Below are positions 35,846 to 44,748 of a stretch of DNA of 64,000 nt, in pieces (positions within the stretch are counted from its first letter, which is position 1; each line of letters starts with the position of its first letter). A model generated the notes under the pieces. That model had not been told where the DNA came from, did no database searches, and worked only from the letters and a program-made list of their open reading frames with translations. The position numbers were made by a program, and so were the translations under genes. The DNA comes from Clostridia bacterium (GTDB taxonomy: Bacteria > Bacillota > Clostridia > Oscillospirales > CAG-272), in assembly GCA_017453245.1 (NCBI GenBank), contig JAFTKM010000020.1, positions 877-64,876 on the forward strand, in the 5' to 3' direction.

Positions 35846-35865
35846 TGCTTATCTTTATTTACATT

Positions 35866-37251
35866 TTACTTATAAAACAGCTTGTAGATCACGGATCTAC
35901 CTTTTGTGTCTCTGTAGAACATAAGGCCTACGAGCATGATCAGTGTGAAGACAAAGAGATAGTAGAACGCCTGGAGCTTATACGCGTAGAACGCGGAGAA
36001 GATCATAAACAGACACGCGCCGATGGAGAGGGCGGGGAAGACAAATCTCTTCACAGGATGGAGATCCTTCGACTTTATCATCATATTGATAAAGATCGGG
36101 ATATACATAGCGTAGAGGGTGATGATAGGAAGCTCGTCATTCTCGAAGGAGATGATTGCAGGGAGCATACCGCGGATGAGGCCGAATTCCCACTGGAGCA
36201 TCCAGAGCAGGGTGATCGCGAAGGTGATAAGCGCCGCCTTTATCGGCATATTGGTTTTTTCGCCAAGCTTTGCGAGTACCTTTGGCGCGGGTCCTTGGTT
36301 TCTTACTGCGAGGGCATAGAGACCGCGGCAGTTGCCGATCATAACGCCGTTCATCGTGCCGAGGCAGGAGATGATAATAAAGACGTAGGCGATAGTGCCG
36401 AAGACTACGTTGCCGCCAAAGAGTTTAGTGAAGGCGATCTTAGGAAGGTTGTCTCCCGCAGCCATAATCTCCTCTGTGGGAAGAACGGATGCGATACCGA
36501 TGAAGTAGGCGATATACACCGAGATAACCACGAGCGTTCCGATGACCAGAGCCTTCGGGAGAGTTTTCTTTGCGTCGTGGAGCTCTGCGTTGATGCAGGT
36601 GGCGATTATCCAACCCTCGTAAGCGAATGCAAAGGCAACGGTAGCGCCGAAGAAGCCGCCGGATGTGCCTGCGGCGCCCGACATTCCTGCTGTGAGATTC
36701 TCAACGGTCTGACCGTTCACAAGGCCTACGATCGTTCCCGCTATTGCCATTATAGCGAGGGGGATAAGCTTGATCACGGTGGTGGATATCTGGAACTTAC
36801 CCGAGATCTTGGGAGCAAATATATTCAGAAGGAAGGACGCTGTAAGATAGGATGCAGTGATAAGAAGTCTTATATTTGCGTCGGAGATATTGAAGAGCGA
36901 GCAGGTGTAGTTTGCGGATACCCAGGCAAGGGTTGATGCGATAACGGGGTAGTAGATCACGGAGATAAACCAGCCGAGCATGTAGGCGAGTCTGTCACCA
37001 ACCTCTGCCTCGGCGTAGTCAACAATGCCGTTTACTTTCGCGTGCTTGCCCGCGAGAATAGAGAAGGTGTACGCACACACGGTCATAAGCACACCCACGA
37101 CGAAAACGGTCAGAATGCTCTTTACCACGCTTCCGCCGTTGTTGGTGAATACGGGTGTCGCCTTAAAGAATACACCCGAGCCGATTACGATACCTACAAC
37201 CATGCATATAGCGGTTATCAGACCGTACTTTTTCTTGAGTTCGTTGTTCAT
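35866..37251 (-). CDS. amino acid permease (APC superfamily)
   Basis: AAAGGAG RBS before the ATG at 37251, just after the trkH stop. About 12 TM, with N-terminal KKYGLITAICMVVGIVIGSGVFFK typical of APC transporters. Confidence 0.85.
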   Translation of the reverse strand: MNNELKKKYGLITAICMVVGIVIGSGVFFKATPVFTNNGGSVVKSILTVFVVGVLMTVCAYTFSILAGKHAKVNGIVDYAEAEVGDRLAYMLGWFISVIYYPVIASTLAWVSANYTCSLFNISDANIRLLITASYLTASFLLNIFAPKISGKFQISTTVIKLIPLAIMAIAGTIVGLVNGQTVENLTAGMSGAAGTSGGFFGATVAFAFAYEGWIIATCINAELHDAKKTLPKALVIGTLVVISVYIAYFIGIASVLPTEEIMAAGDNLPKIAFTKLFGGNVVFGTIAYVFIIISCLGTMNGVMIGNCRGLYALAVRNQGPAPKVLAKLGEKTNMPIKAALITFAITLLWMLQWEFGLIRGMLPAIISFENDELPIITLYAMYIPIFINMMIKSKDLHPVKRFVFPALSIGACLFMIFSAFYAYKLQAFYYLFVFTLIMLVGLMFYRDTKGRSVIYKLFYK

Positions 37252-37265
37252 AGTGACTCCTTTAG

Positions 37266-38759
37266 TTATTTCTTCCAAGTGGAAGGAGTGAAAAGTATAA
37301 GCATCGGGAAGAGCTCAAGTCTACCCGCAAGCATATCAAATGAGAGTATGAGTTTGCTGAAAACGGAGAAGTCAGCGAAATTCTGCGTGGGTCCAACAAA
37401 GTCAAGACCCGGACCGATGTTGTTGAAGCAGGCGGTTACCGCCGTGAAGTTTGTCATAAAGGTGTTTTCCGTCGGATTGAATATCCTCTGATCTATCGAC
37501 AGAAGCAATAGCGAGCAGACAAAAATAAAGATGTATGTAGCAAGGTACGTCATGACCGAGTGTACCGCCTCGTTCTCGAGCGGTTTATCGTCTATGGAAA
37601 TTTTCTTTACACGGTTGGGGTGTACGAGGTTTCCAAATTCGCGGAGCATAGCCTTGAATAGGATAACTACTCTCGATACCTTGAAGCCGCCGCCCGTTGA
37701 GCCTGCGCACGCGCCGATGAACATAAGAGCTATGAGCAAGAAGTGCGAGAGCGCCGACCAGGCTTGGAAATCTACCGTGCCGAAACCCGTGGTGGAAACT
37801 AAGCTGGCTACCGTGAATGCTACGTGCTTAAGCGCGCCGCCGAAGGTAGTCTCCATAGCTTCGCCCGTCGGTGTTACAAGCGAATCGCTGAAATATACGT
37901 CAAGTGTAATTATTCCGATTGCCGCCGCCACTATAACAAGGAATACGATGACTTCGGTGTTGAAGGCCTCTCTTATTTTTCCCTTGAGTACAAGGTAATA
38001 AGAGTTGAAGTTGATGGAGAACAGCAGCATAAACACGGTGACTACTATCTGAACGTAGGAGGAGAAGGAGAACAATGAATCGTTCTTAAAGCCAAAGCCT
38101 CCCGTGCCCGCAGTTGCGAGTGCTGTATTTAATGCTTCAAATGCGTTAATATCCGGAGCAACAACGAGAGATATAAACATGATAAGGGTCAGCGCTATGT
38201 ATATAAGATAAAGTATGGATGCAGTTTTCTTTATTCTTGGGACAAGCTTTGACACCTGAGGACCGGGAGACTCGGCTCTCATTATGTGCATGTTTTGAGC
38301 GCCGGAGAGAGGGAGGATCGCCATGATAAAAACTAATACTCCCATTCCGCCGACCCAGTGGGTGAAGGAGCGCCACATAAGCATCGCTCGCGGCAGATCC
38401 TCAACCGAGGTAACGATCGTTGAACCCGTTGTCGTGAAGCCGGATGCGGTTTCGAAGAGCGCGTCGATATAATTCGGGATGGCTCCCGAGATAACGAAGG
38501 GGAGAGCGCCAAATACGGAGAGTAATACCCAGGAGAGGGAGACTATGACGAAGCCATCCTTGGCAAATAGCTCGGTATTACTAGGTTTTTTAATCACGAA
38601 CGGCATGGCGATAACGATGCAGATAAGGGCACTGATCGCTGATGCGGTGAGTGACTGCCATTCGCTGTAATAAAGTGCTGTCAATATAGGTACGAGAAAG
38701 AATAACGCTTCAAACATTAGGATTACTCCTAAAGTGTACCTCACCATTTTATAGTTCAT
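37266..38759 (-). CDS. trkH: TrkH/KtrB-family potassium uptake protein
   Basis: Multi-TM with repeated pore-loop motifs (TASGFTTTGST, ATAGTGGFG, VSTTGFG, GACAGSTGGGFK). Adjacent to trkA. Confidence 0.88.
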   Translation of the reverse strand: MNYKMVRYTLGVILMFEALFFLVPILTALYYSEWQSLTASAISALICIVIAMPFVIKKPSNTELFAKDGFVIVSLSWVLLSVFGALPFVISGAIPNYIDALFETASGFTTTGSTIVTSVEDLPRAMLMWRSFTHWVGGMGVLVFIMAILPLSGAQNMHIMRAESPGPQVSKLVPRIKKTASILYLIYIALTLIMFISLVVAPDINAFEALNTALATAGTGGFGFKNDSLFSFSSYVQIVVTVFMLLFSINFNSYYLVLKGKIREAFNTEVIVFLVIVAAAIGIITLDVYFSDSLVTPTGEAMETTFGGALKHVAFTVASLVSTTGFGTVDFQAWSALSHFLLIALMFIGACAGSTGGGFKVSRVVILFKAMLREFGNLVHPNRVKKISIDDKPLENEAVHSVMTYLATYIFIFVCSLLLLSIDQRIFNPTENTFMTNFTAVTACFNNIGPGLDFVGPTQNFADFSVFSKLILSFDMLAGRLELFPMLILFTPSTWKK

Positions 38760-38807
38760 AGGACAATACCTTTCGGTGGTAAATGTATACTTTGATTGGC
38801 AAAAACC

Positions 38808-40163
38808 TTACTCAAGAATGTCGGTTACATCCTGAAGGCCGGTGACCTTGGATACGATGATAACGGCGTCTCCGACCTCGATGGTGTCATATCCTCTGGG
38901 GATGATAACCTCTCCGTCACGCAGGATCGCCGCTACAAGAACGTTTTTCTTGAACTTCAGCTTGGAGATAGGCACGTTGACGATGGGGGACACCTGTCTT
39001 ATGATAAACTCTGATGCCTCGACCTCGCCCTTGATGACGTTGTAGAGCGTCTCCATATTACTGCCGCGAGTGTTCTCGGCGCTTCTGACGTATCTGATTA
39101 TTCTGTCGGAAACAATGGTCTTAGGATAGATTACCGTATCGAGGTCGAGCTTATCTATCACGCTGTCGTAGTCCATTCTTGTTACCTTAGTGACGATCTT
39201 GCCCTTGGTCTTCTCCTTGGCGTGGAGGGAAAGGATCATATTTTCCTCATCCGAGTCGGACAGAGCGAGGAATGCGCCAACGCGTCCGATGCCCTCCTCG
39301 GCCATAATCTCCTGATTGGTCGTATCGCCTTGAACGACCGTAACGTGGGGAAAGGTCGTACTGATCTCGTCACACTTGTCGTAATCCTTCTCAATGACCT
39401 TTATGTTCATCTTGCTTTTTTTGAGTATAGAGCAAAGGTAGTGAGTTATCTCGCCCGAGCCGACGATCATCGCGCTCTTTACGCTCTGAGTCTTTGAGCC
39501 GATCTTCTTGAAGAAGTCCTGCGCGCCCTCGGGGGAGGAGATGATTGACACTACGTCACGCGCGCCGAAGATAAAGTCGCCCTTTGCGATGTACGCCTTG
39601 TCACCGCGCTCGATGGTAGCAAAGAGAATGTCGCTCTTATACTTCATCATAACGTCCTTGACAGACATACCGAGTATTGCGCTGTCCTCGGGCAGACGGT
39701 ACTTGAGCAGCTCCACCTTGCCCTTGCCGAAGGTCTCAATGCTTATTGCGGAGGGGCAACGCAAAACGCGCGCTATCTCCTCAGCCGCTACGTACTCGGG
39801 GTTGATGACCATAGCCAGACCGAGCTCGTTCTTAAGGAAGGCGGACTCGTTATTGTATACGTGGCTTCTGACTCTCGCGATAACCTTACAGTTGCTGGCC
39901 TTTTTCGCAATGGTACAGCAAAGCAGGTTGAGCTCGTCCGAGTTTGTGACCGCGATGAGCAGGTCCGCATTCTCGATATCTGCCTCTGCGAGAGTGACGT
40001 GAGAGGCGCCGTTGCCGACGATACCCATCGCATCCACTCTGTCCGTGAGAGTCTTTACGTTTTCATAAACTCTGTCTATAACTGTCACGTTGTTACCGTC
40101 GTTAATAAGATGCTCGGCGAGGTTTTGTCCCACCTGGCCGCAGCCTACGATTATAATATTCAT
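38808..40163 (-). CDS. trkA: Trk system potassium uptake protein TrkA (two RCK domains)
   Basis: MNIIIVGCGQVGQNLAEHL Rossmann motif and a second copy at MIVGSGEITHYL. GGAGG RBS. Confidence 0.9.
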   Translation of the reverse strand: MNIIIVGCGQVGQNLAEHLINDGNNVTVIDRVYENVKTLTDRVDAMGIVGNGASHVTLAEADIENADLLIAVTNSDELNLLCCTIAKKASNCKVIARVRSHVYNNESAFLKNELGLAMVINPEYVAAEEIARVLRCPSAISIETFGKGKVELLKYRLPEDSAILGMSVKDVMMKYKSDILFATIERGDKAYIAKGDFIFGARDVVSIISSPEGAQDFFKKIGSKTQSVKSAMIVGSGEITHYLCSILKKSKMNIKVIEKDYDKCDEISTTFPHVTVVQGDTTNQEIMAEEGIGRVGAFLALSDSDEENMILSLHAKEKTKGKIVTKVTRMDYDSVIDKLDLDTVIYPKTIVSDRIIRYVRSAENTRGSNMETLYNVIKGEVEASEFIIRQVSPIVNVPISKLKFKKNVLVAAILRDGEVIIPRGYDTIEVGDAVIIVSKVTGLQDVTDILE

Positions 40164-40224
40164 AATTCCTCCGTGGAAGATAATTATTCACCAAAATGAT
40201 GAGGCGTATAATACACCATATTAT

Positions 40225-40252
40225 ATTTTAACATATTTTAGGCGTTTGTCAA
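40225..40252 (-). promoter_or_regulatory. sigma-A type promoter of trkA-trkH
   Basis: On the minus strand: TTGACA (40252-40247), 16-nt spacer, TAAAAT (40230-40225). Confidence 0.45.
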
Positions 40253-40272
40253 GTCGCAATACCTCGTTTTAG

Positions 40273-41232
40273 TCAGTTTGGGGCATTTTTTCTCATTGCG
40301 AGCGGAGTGACACCGTACCGAGCCTTGAACTCGCGGTGGAAGTAGGATTCGTTCTCGTAGCCGACACTGCGTATCACGTCGCCGATAGGGAGGCTCGTAG
40401 CCTCGATTGCCGCCCTTGCTCTCTCCATTCTCTCGTCCACGACCAGCTCCTTGAAGCTCTTGCCGAAAAGCTCCTTCGTAAGCTTTGAGAGATAGGGGAC
40501 GGTGAGATAGAGCCTCTCGGACAGCTCACCAAGGCTCGCCGTGCGGTAGCTCGATTTTACGTAGGAGAGTATCTCAAGACGGCGTGTCTCCTCCTTGTCT
40601 GCCCTGACGTTTCCGCGTATCAGGAGCTCATCGTTTTCCAGCGACAAATACCTCAGAAGAAGTGACACGGTACCCGACATAACGCCCACGTCACGGCCCC
40701 TGACCGTCAATTCAAAGAGCAGATTTTCAATGGCGTTTTCAAGGTACTTGCGCCCACCCGTGCGAAATGCGAGGTATATCGGCGCGCCTCCCTCCTTCGA
40801 GTTTTCCTTGATAAGGGAAGAGAAGACCGTACCCGCAAGCTCACCCGCAACACCGTCGATAAAGCGGTCGGACATTATGATGTTTACACCGATGTCGTCC
40901 TTGCCCGAGCGCTCCACCGAGTGAGAGACGTGCTTGTTCATTATCAAGACCTCTCCGCGCCCGAGAGTGAAGGGCTCGCCGTCTATCTCGTGAGTGATAC
41001 TGCCCGAGAGGACTATCATCATCTCCACGTAATTGTGTCTGTGTGTAGGGAAGTCGACGTAGCGCGTATGCGTCCTCGCGCTTATACCGCGCCCCGCGCC
41101 AAAAAGTCGCGCTTCGTTTACGACGAAGTCCTCGCCCCCCGCGTATATCTTGCGATTGAGGACCTCACCGCCGAGTATCCCTGCCTCCTCCTCGCTCTCG
41201 CGGGAGAGTATATCAAGTATGTATTTTTCCAT
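40273..41232 (-). CDS. AraC-family transcriptional regulator (cupin sensor plus HTH), likely a rhamnose regulator
   Basis: AAAGGAGA RBS before the ATG at 41232. Cupin-like FPTHRHNYVEMMIVLSG, C-terminal AraC HTH (ESYFHREFKARYGVTPLAMRK). Divergent from rhaBA. Confidence 0.8.
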   Translation of the reverse strand: MEKYILDILSRESEEEAGILGGEVLNRKIYAGGEDFVVNEARLFGAGRGISARTHTRYVDFPTHRHNYVEMMIVLSGSITHEIDGEPFTLGRGEVLIMNKHVSHSVERSGKDDIGVNIIMSDRFIDGVAGELAGTVFSSLIKENSKEGGAPIYLAFRTGGRKYLENAIENLLFELTVRGRDVGVMSGTVSLLLRYLSLENDELLIRGNVRADKEETRRLEILSYVKSSYRTASLGELSERLYLTVPYLSKLTKELFGKSFKELVVDERMERARAAIEATSLPIGDVIRSVGYENESYFHREFKARYGVTPLAMRKNAPN

Positions 41233-41455
41233 ATGCAGTCTCCTTTGTGAATAGAGTGATATTGTTCTCACTCATTAGGGAATACAATATTTATGCTCTA
41301 ATTTTAACATATCCGCGCCGACAAATCAATAGATAATCTTAAATTAAGACAGTTTTTATAATAATTTTGTGCCTTGTGCAATATTTATATATATGTTATC
41401 ATAAAAGTAGCGTGTAATTATCTAAAATAATTAATCAAAAGAAAGGACTTAAGAT

Positions 41456-42769
41456 ATGAAATACTATCTTGCCATTGACATCGGCGCGTCGAGCGGCAGA
41501 CATATTGTCGGCTGGCTTGAGGACGGCGAGCTTAAGACCGACGAGCTTTACCGTTTCCCCAACGGTATGGATACGGTTGACGGACATCTCGTCTGGGATA
41601 GCCAAAGACTCCTTCGCGAGGTTGAGGCGGGTATCGCCGAGTGCTTCAAGAAGTACCCTAAGATCGAATCGCTCTCCATTGACACCTGGGGCGTTGACTA
41701 CGTGCTCCTTAAGGGCGACGAGGAGGTTTATCCCACCTACGCTTACCGTGACTCCAGAGTTGACGGACCTATCGAGGAGGTACACTCCATTATCCCCTTT
41801 GCCGAGCTTTATGAGAGAACAGGTATTCAGTTCAATAAGTTCAACACCATATATCAGCTTTACGCAGATAAGCTTGCAAACAGACTCGAGGGCGTTACCG
41901 ACTTCCTTATGATCCCCGAGTACCTTATGTACAAGCTCACAGGCAACAAGGTCAAGGAGTTTACCAACGCGACTACCGCGGGCCTTATCAACGCCGACAC
42001 ACTTGCATTTGACGGTTACATATTCGAAAGACTCGGACTTCCCGCATCTCTCATCTCCCCCGTACATCAGCCCGGCACTCTCGTCGGCAGGCTCACCCCC
42101 GAGGTAGAGGCTAGAGTCGGCGGCAACCTTGACGTTGTGCTTTGCGCGACTCACGACACCGGCTCCGCGGTTGAGGCTATCGAGATGCAGACCGACGCAC
42201 CTTATATCTCCAGCGGAACATGGTCGCTCCTCGGTGTAAAGACTCCGAGAGCTCTTACCGATGCTAAGAGCCGTGAGAGCGGATACTCCAACGAGGGCGG
42301 TGTAGGCTACAACAGATATCAGAAAAACATCACGGGTATGTGGATAATCCAGAGCCTTCGCAAGGAGATGTGTCCCGAGACCTCCTATGGTGAGATCGCG
42401 GATATGGCGGCATCGAGCACTTATGCCGAGATCTTTGACGTAAACGATGACGCCTTTATGGCACCCGAGTCGATGAAGGATGCTATCCGCGACTATCTTG
42501 TAGCTCGCGGCAAGCCCGCTCCCCAGACTATGGCGGACTATTTCAACGCATCCTACGTCAGCCTTGCACACGGCTACAAGGAGGCGATTGCCGACCTTGA
42601 AAATAACACGGGTAGGACCTATACCGAGCTTTACATAGTCGGAGGCGGCGCAAAGAACGGCTACCTCAACGACCTCACAGAGAAGGCTACGGGCAAGAAG
42701 GTAGTGGCGCTTCCCATCGAGGCGACCGCTATCGGTAATATGATGATTCAAATTAAAAGGAGTATATAA
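41456..42769 (+). CDS. rhaB: rhamnulokinase
   Basis: FGGY kinase N-terminus YLAIDIGASSGRHIVGW, colinear with RhaB, and followed by rhaA. Confidence 0.85.
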   Translation: MKYYLAIDIGASSGRHIVGWLEDGELKTDELYRFPNGMDTVDGHLVWDSQRLLREVEAGIAECFKKYPKIESLSIDTWGVDYVLLKGDEEVYPTYAYRDSRVDGPIEEVHSIIPFAELYERTGIQFNKFNTIYQLYADKLANRLEGVTDFLMIPEYLMYKLTGNKVKEFTNATTAGLINADTLAFDGYIFERLGLPASLISPVHQPGTLVGRLTPEVEARVGGNLDVVLCATHDTGSAVEAIEMQTDAPYISSGTWSLLGVKTPRALTDAKSRESGYSNEGGVGYNRYQKNITGMWIIQSLRKEMCPETSYGEIADMAASSTYAEIFDVNDDAFMAPESMKDAIRDYLVARGKPAPQTMADYFNASYVSLAHGYKEAIADLENNTGRTYTELYIVGGGAKNGYLNDLTEKATGKKVVALPIEATAIGNMMIQIKRSI

Positions 42770-42771
42770 TT

Positions 42772-44016
42772 ATGGCAAACTACGAGTACGCAAAATCAGT
42801 ATATGCTAAGTACGGCATTGACACCGACAAGGCTATCGAGACTCTTAAGAGCATTCCCGTTTCCATTCACTGCTGGCAGGGTGACGACGTTGTAGGCTTT
42901 GACAGCAAGGAGGCTCTCTCCGGCGGTATCCAGACTACCGGTAACTATCCCGGCAAGGCTACCACTCCCCGAGAGCTTATGGCTGACTATGAGAAGGCAA
43001 TGTCTCTTGTTCCCGGCGCAAAGAAGCTTAATCTCCACGCATGCTACGCTATCTTCGAGGATGGCAACATCGTAGGCAGAGACGCGATCGAGCCCAAGCA
43101 CTTTGCTAAGTGGGTAGAGTTTGCAAAGGCACACGGTATGGGCCTTGACTTCAACCCCACCTTCTTTGCTCATCCTATGGTAAAGGATAATCTCACTCTC
43201 TCCTCTCCCGATGAAGAGACTCGCGCATACTGGGTAAGACACGGTCAGGCGTGTGTAAAGATCGCTGAGTATTTCGCAAACGAGACCGGCATCCCCTGCG
43301 TTATGAACATCTGGATCCCCGACGGATACAAGGATATCCCCACCGACAGACTCGCACCCCGTGCAAGATTCAAGAAGTCTCTTGACGAGATCCTTGCTAT
43401 TCCTTACGATAAGTCCAAGGTTTACATCACCCTCGAGTCCAAGGTATTCGGCATCGGCCTTGAGTCCTACACCGTAGGCTCTGCTGAGTTCTGCCTCTCC
43501 TACTCCGACTACAAGGGCATCACTCCTCTTATGGACAACGGTCACTACCATCCCACCGAGGTAGTATCCGACAAGATCTCCTCTCTCCTCCTCTTCAACG
43601 AGAAGATCGCTCTCCACGTTACCCGTGCGGTTCGTTGGGACTCCGACCACGTTGTTATCTTTGATGACGAGACCAAGGAGATTGCAAAGGAGATCGTCAG
43701 AAACGACGCTCTCGACAGAGTATTCATCGCTCTTGACTACTTCGACGCTTCCATCAACCGTGTTGCCGCTTGGGTAGTTGGCGCAAGAAATATGCAGAAG
43801 GCGCTCCTCAACGCACTCCTTCTTCCCAACGAGCTTCTTAAGAAGTATCAGGACGAGGCAAACTACACCAAGATGCTTGCAATTCAGGAAGAGTTCAAGA
43901 CTCTCCCCTTCGGTGAGGTTTGGGACGAGTACTGTAAGGCTTGCGGCGCTCCCGTAGGTATGGATTGGATTGCAGAGGTTGACGCCTACGAATCCGAGGT
44001 TCTTTCTAAGAGATAA
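42772..44016 (+). CDS. rhaA: L-rhamnose isomerase
   Basis: Strong colinear match to remembered E. coli RhaA (HCWQGDDV.GF, GGIQTTGNYPGKA, NIWIPDG.KDI..DRLAPR, HFHPTEV.SDKIS, RWDSDHVV, FFDASINR.AAWV.G.RNM.KALL). Confidence 0.93.
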   Translation: MANYEYAKSVYAKYGIDTDKAIETLKSIPVSIHCWQGDDVVGFDSKEALSGGIQTTGNYPGKATTPRELMADYEKAMSLVPGAKKLNLHACYAIFEDGNIVGRDAIEPKHFAKWVEFAKAHGMGLDFNPTFFAHPMVKDNLTLSSPDEETRAYWVRHGQACVKIAEYFANETGIPCVMNIWIPDGYKDIPTDRLAPRARFKKSLDEILAIPYDKSKVYITLESKVFGIGLESYTVGSAEFCLSYSDYKGITPLMDNGHYHPTEVVSDKISSLLLFNEKIALHVTRAVRWDSDHVVIFDDETKEIAKEIVRNDALDRVFIALDYFDASINRVAAWVVGARNMQKALLNALLLPNELLKKYQDEANYTKMLAIQEEFKTLPFGEVWDEYCKACGAPVGMDWIAEVDAYESEVLSKR

Positions 44017-44276
44017 AATTTTGGTATAAATCCCCGTTTTCGACCAAGCTCGACGTAGATAGCTACGCCTTCGGGTCGAAAGCGGGGATTTCTCCTCAAA
44101 ATTACATTTTGGATATTTTCGCCGTTTGTCGGCAAACTCGCAATAGGTAACTATTGCTTCGGCCTCCAAGCAACAAAACTATCTCAAAATTACATTTTGG
44201 ATATTTCCCCCGTATTCTACCAAATTCGGCGTATGTCGTATACGCCGTCTATTCAAAAAATACACTTAGACTTCAG
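44015..44276. repeat. ~88-nt periodic repeat: a 24-nt constant CTCAAAATTACATTTTGGATATTT plus structured variable segments
   Basis: Identical 24-mers at 44095-44118 and 44183-44206, with a degenerate copy at 44015-44036. The segments after copies 1 and 3 are homologous but carry different perfectly paired hairpins. Confidence 0.75.
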
Positions 44277-44283
44277 TCAAACA

Positions 44284-44317
44284 AAAAAATGCTCAGCGCC
44301 TGCTGAGCATTTTTTTG
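44284..44317. terminator. bidirectional rho-independent terminator
   Basis: AAAAAAATGCTCAGC-GCC-TGCTGAGCATTTTTTT. Confidence 0.8.
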
Positions 44318-44360
44318 TTATCTCTTAGAAAAACGTTATAAAGCCCCGGGGGATTATAAC

Positions 44361-44470
44361 ATATCGAATTGCCGACGGCAATCGGCAATATATCGAATTT
44401 GCATTTGCCAAAATGCAAATATATCGAGTTCGCAACTGCGAGCATATCGACAGCGATGCGATGCGCGCAT
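44361..44470. repeat. four ATATCGA words, each followed by a different palindrome
   Basis: ATATCGA at 44361, 44390, 44421 and 44444. They are followed by ATTGCCGACGGCAAT, ATTTGCATTTGCCAAAATGCAAAT, GTTCGCAACTGCGAGC and ATGCGCGCAT. Confidence 0.75.
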
Positions 44471-44543
44471 TTTAATTTTTAGTCCAGCACCGCGCCGGTG
44501 AACTGTCTAATACAGTAAAATGTAAATTATAATTAACAATTTT

Positions 44544-44578
44544 AGCGGATTTGCCTCGGCAAGTCCGCTTTTGCTTTA
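44544..44578 (+). terminator. rho-independent terminator-like hairpin
   Basis: AGCGGATTTGCC-TCG-GCAAGTCCGCT followed by TTTGCTTT. Confidence 0.55.
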
Positions 44579-44685
44579 CACTTGCGCCACGGAAAATACG
44601 CGCGTTTGCGTGTGGTAGTCGAGTGATTTAAAAAATGTCTAAATTATTAAAAAAGTGAAAATTTCTTTAATACTCGCGCAAATTA

Positions 44686-44714
44686 TTGACATTAATTAAA
44701 GCCAATGGTATAAT
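44686..44714 (+). promoter_or_regulatory. sigma-A promoter with an extended -10
   Basis: TTGACA 44686-44691, 17-nt spacer ending in TGG, TATAAT 44709-44714. Confidence 0.6.
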
Positions 44715-44748
44715 TTTATAAAAACTAAAATATTAAAGGAGATATGCT

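Noticed and set aside
40164-40272. c-di-AMP (ydaO/kimA-type) riboswitch upstream of trkA
   Set aside because: The leader between the predicted promoter and the start codon is only ~60 nt and lacks the pseudo-two-fold ACGR motifs.
44095-44206. Possible CRISPR array (24-nt identical repeats with ~64-nt spacing)
   Set aside because: There are only two perfect repeats plus one degenerate copy. The spacers are partly homologous to each other and internally palindromic. No cas genes or leader are in the window, and the repeat is shorter than typical CRISPR repeats.
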